Origin: a virus | Lineage: Duplodnaviria; Caudoviricetes | Reading direction: 5' to 3' (one strand) | Virus record (IMG/VR): IMGVR_UViG_3300031994_000043 | Span: 32,001 to 96,000 of that record | Length of the DNA stretch: 64,000 nt | Shown: positions 58,067 to 64,000 of the stretch, piece after piece | Numbering within the stretch: the stretch's first letter is position 1 | Layout: the number at the start of each line of letters is the position of its first letter | The notes under the pieces: model-generated | The model's database searches: none | The model's input: the letters and a program-made list of their open reading frames with translations, nothing else | What the model was told of the DNA's origin: nothing | Position numbers and translations under genes: made by a program

Positions 58067-58657
58067 TTATTCGCCTGTAGCAACCATTTCAAATGTACTA
58101 TAACGGAATGTGCAAGTTCTTTGAACCTTTTCTGCACTTTCCATACCCAAACCAGTCTGTTGAACTGTCTTCGGCCATACATAGTAGAACTTGAACTCAA
58201 CAGGAAGTTTTTGTTTCAAAGCAGAATCATAAAGAACTACTCTAGCTGTAGCACAGTAGTCTTTAAGATAGTTAGAACTAGCACCACCTGTAATACCACC
58301 GACATCTATATCATTTTGGAATCCACCATTGAATAGTAAGTTCTGCCAGCGATGTAGTGCCTTAGAAATATACATATCCTGGAATTCGTCAAATGCGACG
58401 TCAAATGTACCATCCATAGTAGACTTACCAGGATAGACTAATTTTGTTCCCATATATTCGGTGATGAGTTCACCAAAATCTTTCTGTGGCATAGATGCGG
58501 TTTTAGCACGAAGCATAAAATCGTCTGTTCCAATAACATTTGACAATACAGAACCACTTTCATATTCAAAGATAATCTGGTAAAGATAATTCTTTGCAAG
58601 GTCTGGCAAATTCTTAATGGAAGTAGTAAATACAGACATATTGTTAGACATTGACAT
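58067..58657 (-). CDS. tail tube protein (T4 gp19-like)
   Basis: AKTASMP, YMGTKLVYPG, FDE, VWP, TCTFRYS. Confidence 0.85.
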   Translation of the reverse strand: MSMSNNMSVFTTSIKNLPDLAKNYLYQIIFEYESGSVLSNVIGTDDFMLRAKTASMPQKDFGELITEYMGTKLVYPGKSTMDGTFDVAFDEFQDMYISKALHRWQNLLFNGGFQNDIDVGGITGGASSNYLKDYCATARVVLYDSALKQKLPVEFKFYYVWPKTVQQTGLGMESAEKVQRTCTFRYSTFEMVATGE

Positions 58658-58702
58658 ATTTAATTTCTCCTAAACTTCTCTAATGTATTTATGACTTTCC
58701 AA

Positions 58703-59086
58703 TTATTGTCCACCGTGCTGTGGTGGTAATGTTTTCAAGAAAGCTTCTCTAGGTACACTACCAATATCAGTATCAACGGCGACCTGTTCTGGTTTCAATA
58801 GTTTGTGTGTGTGCATATCACCAAGTGGGATAACTTCCCAATTCATAATCAAGTGGATATGGTCGCAACAAGGAGCCAAACCTTCTTTATGGTCTGGGTT
58901 ATCCAACAACACATCACCAGTATATCCGTAACCAGTTTGATTATCCCAAATTACATACTTGTGGTGGTGAGGTCCCATCCATTGAGAACCTTCAAATCCG
59001 TCTGTATCACCTGCTTCAGCCATATTTTCGTTGATAACAGGTTTTACCTTACGGAATTCTTGAACAATGTAATCATCTAATTTCAT
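58703..59086 (-). CDS. His-rich hypothetical protein
   Basis: HHH, DHIH, HTH motifs. Confidence 0.7.
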   Translation of the reverse strand: MKLDDYIVQEFRKVKPVINENMAEAGDTDGFEGSQWMGPHHHKYVIWDNQTGYGYTGDVLLDNPDHKEGLAPCCDHIHLIMNWEVIPLGDMHTHKLLKPEQVAVDTDIGSVPREAFLKTLPPQHGGQ

Positions 59087-59095
59087 ATAAACTCC

Positions 59096-59556
59096 TTACT
59101 TAAAGTTCTTGATAAGACCAATAATCTTGTCTATTTCTTCAATGGTATCACTGAAGATGTTTTCAAGACTAATTTTTGTACTATATGCTCTTTTAAGATT
59201 TTCTAGTTCATCACGATATGCTTCAATTTTTACAAGCGCATTTCCCAAATCAAAGATTTCGTCATTCATATTGTAAGTTTTAGAATTTAATTTGAATGGC
59301 ACACCCATAGAAAGGACTGTTTCAACTAGCTTGTCAGCAAAATCACGAATGCAGTCATACAAATTTTCAAATTGTGTATGCTGGAAACCGGATTGACAAG
59401 ACCAGTGATAAGTGTGAATTTTGTCTGCAAAGACCAAACTGTCCATAGCAAAGGTGTAGAGTTTTTCTACTTCATTTGTTTGTGAACTAGCCAAAAAGGT
59501 CAAAAAATCTTGTGGAGCTTCTTTAACAACTTCTATTTCCATTTTATTTTCTCCCA
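59096..59556 (-). CDS. Dps/ferritin-like protein
   Basis: HTYHW...QHTQFENLYD...DKLVE; start moved downstream of the TATAAATA box. Confidence 0.7.
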
Positions 59557-59577
59557 TTATAATGTATTTATAAAAAA

Positions 59578-59601
59578 TGGTGGCTCTATACAGAGCCACC
59601 A
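59578..59601 (-). terminator. terminator after the portal gene
   Basis: TGGTGGCTCT-N4-AGAGCCACCA plus U tract on the minus strand. Confidence 0.75.
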
Positions 59602-59643
59602 GGGTGAAACGTGTCCGAGTTTTTCGGCTGTGAGTAAAACTTG

Positions 59644-61245
59644 TTAGAAACCTAAATCGTCTCCTTCTTCGTCATTTTCATCACCGCCTTCTTCCTTAGC
59701 TGCATCAGCTTTAGCAAGAATTTCTTGTGTTTCTTCTGCAATAAGTCTATCGTTTCTAATTCTCTGTTCGGAAGTTAAACCAAGTATATCTTCCATAAAG
59801 AATTGACGAGAGAACAAAGGACCAAGGTTTTCGGAACCAGGTTTGACATTATCCAATGTAGGAAGGAATTGAGATAGAGAACCAACAACACCACTTCTCT
59901 TTTCACACATAGACAAAGAACGCATAAGTTCAAAGTCAGTAGCTGGAATCAAGTCAATGTGATAAATGGTTTTGTCAAGATACTTACTATCATATCCACG
60001 AACCTGCAAATGAACGAGGAATACCTGATAAATGATGTCGCAGAACTTTCTACGAAGTCTCTTATTCAATTTTTGGAAAGATGCTTCTTCCAATGTAAGG
60101 CTTTCAACGCCCTGGGTATAAGGAGTGCCACCACCTTCACCAGATTGCCATCTACTAGAAGGAACCTGAAGAGCATCAGCAACTTGTTCACGGAACATTT
60201 TAACGTCATCCAACTGTCCGTTAAATTCTGTTGAACCCTTGAAATTTTCTACAGTAGAACCCTGACCATCAGAGTCAATAGAGAGCCAGAAATCTTCTAC
60301 GAAAGCCTGAACATTGTTATTGGACTGAATCATACCAGTAACAGGGTCAATAGTCAACTGCTTACGATACTTTGAACGAATTTCCTGCATATACTCAGGA
60401 ACCTTAGATGTAGGAAGTTTACCTGTGTAAATCTTGAAAATTCTCTTTTCAGGAGCACGTGTAATTCTGTAAACTGTCAAAGCATCTTCAATGGCACGAA
60501 GTTGGTTAATTGGGCGAATAGCGGGTTCCAAGTGACCGCGTATATCGTTCTTATTGTTACCCCAGAATCCATAGTTAATATAAGCAACTTGGTTTGTAGT
60601 AAATGATTTTGGTTCTGTGTCTAAATCAGGGTTCAACAATTTTATATCTTCAATGAAACCTTGAAGAATACCATCATCATAAACACACATTGTGCAGTAT
60701 GGTGGCAAACATTTAAGGCCAGCAACTTTATCACCTTTTGTGTTCAAACAAATTTCAAAGAACAATTCAGCATCAACCAACCACTTATAGTAGTAATACC
60801 ACAACTGGTCTTTTCCGAAAACTTCGTTAATGATATAATTGAATTCATCACGCAAAGTCATTAACTCAGTTTCTGTAAATTTTGATTTGAAAGCTCTGTC
60901 TATATCAAATGTGGCAACTTCACCCAAAGCATTTTCACAAACGGCTTCGTCAGCCATCATAGTCAAACACTTACGAACGAAAGGATATAATGCCAAATTA
61001 CGATAGGTACTAATTCTTTGTCTTTTGTTTGCGAAGACTTGTTCAAACATAATGCCAGATGCATCATATACATCTGAGCCTTCTACATAACCATTCAAAT
61101 AGCCATGAGTTAATCTTTTCCAGTCAACAGCATCTTCACTTCTACCATAAGAATTTAATGCTGCTTCAGCAGAACGAACCATCTGGTGTTCTGGCTCTGG
61201 TTGTAAGAATTTATCACTGAATGGATTTAAAAAACTTAAATTCAT
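59644..61245 (-). CDS. portal protein (T4 gp20-like)
   Basis: NQLRAIEDALTVYRITRAPEKRIF, EDFWL, ALQVPSSR. Confidence 0.96.
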   Translation of the reverse strand: MNLSFLNPFSDKFLQPEPEHQMVRSAEAALNSYGRSEDAVDWKRLTHGYLNGYVEGSDVYDASGIMFEQVFANKRQRISTYRNLALYPFVRKCLTMMADEAVCENALGEVATFDIDRAFKSKFTETELMTLRDEFNYIINEVFGKDQLWYYYYKWLVDAELFFEICLNTKGDKVAGLKCLPPYCTMCVYDDGILQGFIEDIKLLNPDLDTEPKSFTTNQVAYINYGFWGNNKNDIRGHLEPAIRPINQLRAIEDALTVYRITRAPEKRIFKIYTGKLPTSKVPEYMQEIRSKYRKQLTIDPVTGMIQSNNNVQAFVEDFWLSIDSDGQGSTVENFKGSTEFNGQLDDVKMFREQVADALQVPSSRWQSGEGGGTPYTQGVESLTLEEASFQKLNKRLRRKFCDIIYQVFLVHLQVRGYDSKYLDKTIYHIDLIPATDFELMRSLSMCEKRSGVVGSLSQFLPTLDNVKPGSENLGPLFSRQFFMEDILGLTSEQRIRNDRLIAEETQEILAKADAAKEEGGDENDEEGDDLGF

Positions 61246-61265
61246 AATAACCTCAAATTATATCA

Positions 61266-62054
61266 CTATTTATAATTAACTATTTTGTTCCATAGTCTTT
61301 CAGGCACATAAGTTTCCAAATCTTTTTTCAATTTTTCGTCTTTGATTAACTTCAAATCGTGATTAGCCATTGACAAGAACCAACTATCAACCATTAAGTT
61401 ATCTGCTATATCTTCAAGTTGTGGTTTATCAAAATAAAGATATGGCTGAGTAATGAAACCATCATCATTTCCCAAGTTATTTCTGTCTTGTCTTAAAGTT
61501 CTCAATGCTCCATATCTAAACAACATAACTAATTGAGAGAGCCATTCACCATCTTCTGGTGTTGCTTCACTACACCAGTCCCAAGCAACTTCAATACCTT
61601 TTGTGGAATCAGACCAAATTACTCCTTCAGGCCATTCACACAATAATTGTTCATTTATGTATTCTTGGAAGTTTTCATTGAACTGTGGTGCTAAAAATTT
61701 ATCTTTTACTTTATTGAAATCTTTTTTGACTGGTTCATAAGGTTTTCTGTTGTAGTTTATATCTGGGTTCTTTTTGTTGTATGCCATACCCATATTTTTA
61801 CGTGCAACAAATGACTTTTTTTGTTTGAGTTTAATTAAGTTCATTTTAGCATTACGCTTAATTTTACCTTTTCTCTGACCAAGTCTACGATTTCTTTTTT
61901 CTTTGGCAGTTATACGAACTTCTCTAGGTTTGCCGTTGGCATCGTATTCAACACGATAACCTTTACGGTTGGTCTTCCATTTCTTTACTTTCTTGTTCTT
62001 ACGAACAACATATTTGACCTTGAGTGCTTCGTTTAAATAATCATCAAAATTCAT
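61266..62054 (-). CDS. prohead core protein-like (gp68-type basic domain) with acidic C-domain
   Basis: MNFDDYLNE, then a K/R-rich region VVR...GYR...EKRNRR; upstream of portal. Confidence 0.5.
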   Translation of the reverse strand: MNFDDYLNEALKVKYVVRKNKKVKKWKTNRKGYRVEYDANGKPREVRITAKEKRNRRLGQRKGKIKRNAKMNLIKLKQKKSFVARKNMGMAYNKKNPDINYNRKPYEPVKKDFNKVKDKFLAPQFNENFQEYINEQLLCEWPEGVIWSDSTKGIEVAWDWCSEATPEDGEWLSQLVMLFRYGALRTLRQDRNNLGNDDGFITQPYLYFDKPQLEDIADNLMVDSWFLSMANHDLKLIKDEKLKKDLETYVPERLWNKIVNYK

Positions 62055-62075
62055 ACTATATTTATAGAAATAAAA

Positions 62076-62098
62076 AGAGGTAGAACTTTTCTACCTCT
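62076..62098 (-). terminator. intrinsic terminator
   Basis: AGAGGTAGAA-N3-TTCTACCTCT plus U tract on the minus strand. Confidence 0.7.
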
Positions 62099-62143
62099 AA
62101 ATTAAATGTTACCTAGTAGTCTATCTTCGTAATAGTCATCAAT

Positions 62144-62572
62144 TTATTCTTCTCCGTATAATCTTTCTTGTTCTGCATCCATTTCGTCTGCAAAATCACC
62201 TTCTTTAATTTTCTTATTAATATCAGCTAAAACATATTTCATACAAGTTTTACCAATATCAGTTGCCATAAATTTATCAGTATTTCCATCATCAAATACT
62301 GTAGTATCATAATGATTTTTATTGAAATCTTTTTGAACCAATATAATTGTTGGCTCACCATTTAATGAAAATTTGTAATTTTCACCAACGCCTACATCTC
62401 GTTCAGCACCATATACTTCATAGTTAATTTCAGCAGAATATAAGATATAATAATCTGAGCCGTCTATTGTTGGTTCAATTTCATATTCGTGTTCAAAGGA
62501 ACCACTAATAATGTTTTCAACCAACATATATCCTTTGCCATTCAAAAATTTTTTAGCTTCTCTTAAATCCAT
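62144..62572 (-). CDS. acidic hypothetical protein with MxLxEA leader
   Basis: MDLREAKKFLNGKGYMLVE. Confidence 0.75.
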   Translation of the reverse strand: MDLREAKKFLNGKGYMLVENIISGSFEHEYEIEPTIDGSDYYILYSAEINYEVYGAERDVGVGENYKFSLNGEPTIILVQKDFNKNHYDTTVFDDGNTDKFMATDIGKTCMKYVLADINKKIKEGDFADEMDAEQERLYGEE

Positions 62573-62582
62573 TTTAATTACC

Positions 62583-63452
62583 TCATTTTAATTTAATAAT
62601 CAATCTGTCAAACACGGTTTCGCCATTTAGTTTAAGTTTTCCATCTACGCCTAGAATTTCAAACGGCAAGTTATCCGGGTCCACATTTTGTAAAATACTT
62701 ACTGGCACACCAAGTACTTCGTCTGTGTCAGGTATTGCTCTCTGTGACTTTACAGAAATAATATCTGCGTTGTCAAATTTAGGGAATTTTTCCTCATCAT
62801 ATTCAACCAAATTCAAAGGTTTATATGATTTATTGACTGGAAGATTTGTGTACCAAGCACAATAGACGTGTTTATCCTTAGCACCTTCAGGTCTATAAAA
62901 ATTACCAACTGTTGTATAACCATATCTCAATCTGTGGTTCATATACAAATTCAAGCAAGTTGGTTTAGACATTTTAATCGGTGTACACAACATAATAAAA
63001 GGTTTACTCTTATATGTTTCAACAATTTTATTGAACAAACTAAAAGGTGGATTTGTTACGATTACATCGGCTTTCTTTGCTAATGCTTGACATTCAGGAC
63101 TTGTACAGTCACCGTTACCCTTTAAAGGATGGTCAATGCGTTTATCTCCATAGTATTCAGTCCAATAGGTATCTCCGCTGGTTTCATAATGAGAAGAAAT
63201 CAAACCTTTCAAACCGAGAGAATCAAAATTTTCTTCAAAATACTTGTAGAAATTAGACCATTCAGGGTTGTCGCAGCAACAATAAACGATTTTTCCACCG
63301 AAATTGTAATGTTTAAGTTCTTTTACAATATCCTTCATATAAGTGTAAAATTCGTCATCTTTGCTTTTTGCGGCTTGGTTCAAAACGTGTTTCTGTTTTT
63401 CCACTAAATAGCCTTTAGAACGCAAAAATTGTGTAGCTTCGGATAATTTCAT
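62583..63452 (-). CDS. adenine-specific DNA methyltransferase, EcoRI-like family, with MxLxEA leader
   Basis: KDDEFYT, VYCCCDNPEWSNF, NGDCTSPEC, VTNPPFSLF, WYTNL, GVPVS. Confidence 0.88.
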   Translation of the reverse strand: MKLSEATQFLRSKGYLVEKQKHVLNQAAKSKDDEFYTYMKDIVKELKHYNFGGKIVYCCCDNPEWSNFYKYFEENFDSLGLKGLISSHYETSGDTYWTEYYGDKRIDHPLKGNGDCTSPECQALAKKADVIVTNPPFSLFNKIVETYKSKPFIMLCTPIKMSKPTCLNLYMNHRLRYGYTTVGNFYRPEGAKDKHVYCAWYTNLPVNKSYKPLNLVEYDEEKFPKFDNADIISVKSQRAIPDTDEVLGVPVSILQNVDPDNLPFEILGVDGKLKLNGETVFDRLIIKLK

Positions 63453-63462
63453 ACTATATTTA

Positions 63463-63528
63463 TGTAAATTTTATTTTACAAGTTTTTACAGAAAATCCAT
63501 TGACAAACTGCCACAAATTATCTATATT
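63463..63528 (+). promoter_or_regulatory. early promoter with palindromic box
   Basis: TGTAAA-N6-TTTACA at 63463-63480; TTGACA (63500-63505)-N17-TATATT. Confidence 0.8.
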
Positions 63529-63560
63529 TACTATGTAAACAAGAAAACAAGAGGTTCCAA

Positions 63561-63986
63561 ATGAAAGTTAATCAACTCGCCACTATTATGAAACTCACCC
63601 CGCTCCAGCACTTTGGTTACATTTTCAAGATTAGCCAGCACGGTCTTGGTGTGGTTGAAGAAACAAAGAAAATTGCGTCAGACATTTGGAAGCAGAAGTT
63701 CGTCTATATCAATATGGCTCAGTCGGATATGTACGATGTTCATCTCCTGCTTGTTGAACACGCAAAAGAAATGGAGCCGACCACTTTCTTCTTTGACGAA
63801 ATGGAAAAGATTACCGAAGAAATGAGAAACTTTATTTTTAATCGTTTCTCTATCAACCGAGAAGATTACATCCACCCGGATTGCCACGTCATTTACGGTT
63901 CCAACGAAAATACTGAGTATTACCAGGCAGATGATTGGAACGATTATATTTTGTGCCACGGTATGGTTTTGAACATTGAAAAGTAA
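63561..63986 (+). CDS. degenerate, truncated paralogue of the MoxR-like ATPase
   Basis: SQHGLGVVE versus GPHGIGKTE; FFFDE; HPDCHVIYGSN versus APGSHVICAIN. Confidence 0.65.
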   Translation: MKVNQLATIMKLTPLQHFGYIFKISQHGLGVVEETKKIASDIWKQKFVYINMAQSDMYDVHLLLVEHAKEMEPTTFFFDEMEKITEEMRNFIFNRFSINREDYIHPDCHVIYGSNENTEYYQADDWNDYILCHGMVLNIEK

Positions 63987-64000
63987 AATTTTTGTTGTTA

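Noticed and set aside
1-64000. Stop-codon reassignment as seen in some large phages
   Set aside because: Capsid, portal and baseplate genes are intact in the standard code, TAG and TGA end packed genes, and no suppressor tRNA is present.

Overview
An AT-rich segment of a large T4-like (gp23-type capsid, contractile tail) phage genome using the standard genetic code. The left ~15 kb is an early/accessory region on the minus strand. It holds sigma70-type promoters with a phased TGTAAA-N6-TTTACA box, an 18-gene tRNA operon (2248-3766), a MoxR-like AAA ATPase/vWA pair, and about 15 otherwise dissimilar small proteins that all end in a K/R-x-x-(I/L/M)-x-x-D-F tail. The rest is mostly late/structural: neck gp14, the C-half of a split-intein terminase, a frameshifted gp55-like late sigma factor, baseplate and tail genes, RegA, capsid gp23, scaffold gp22, tube gp19, portal gp20, a Dps-like protein and an EcoRI-family adenine methyltransferase. 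The strongest novel signal is directly upstream of the tRNA operon. A 37-codon leader peptide (3831-3944) uses all 15 amino acids served by the operon and none of Asn/Thr/Val/Tyr, and it overlaps an antiterminator that competes with an intrinsic terminator ending just before the first tRNA. This looks like a ribosome-stalling attenuator that switches on phage tRNAs when host tRNAs are depleted. All protein calls come from motif recognition by eye; no database searches were run.
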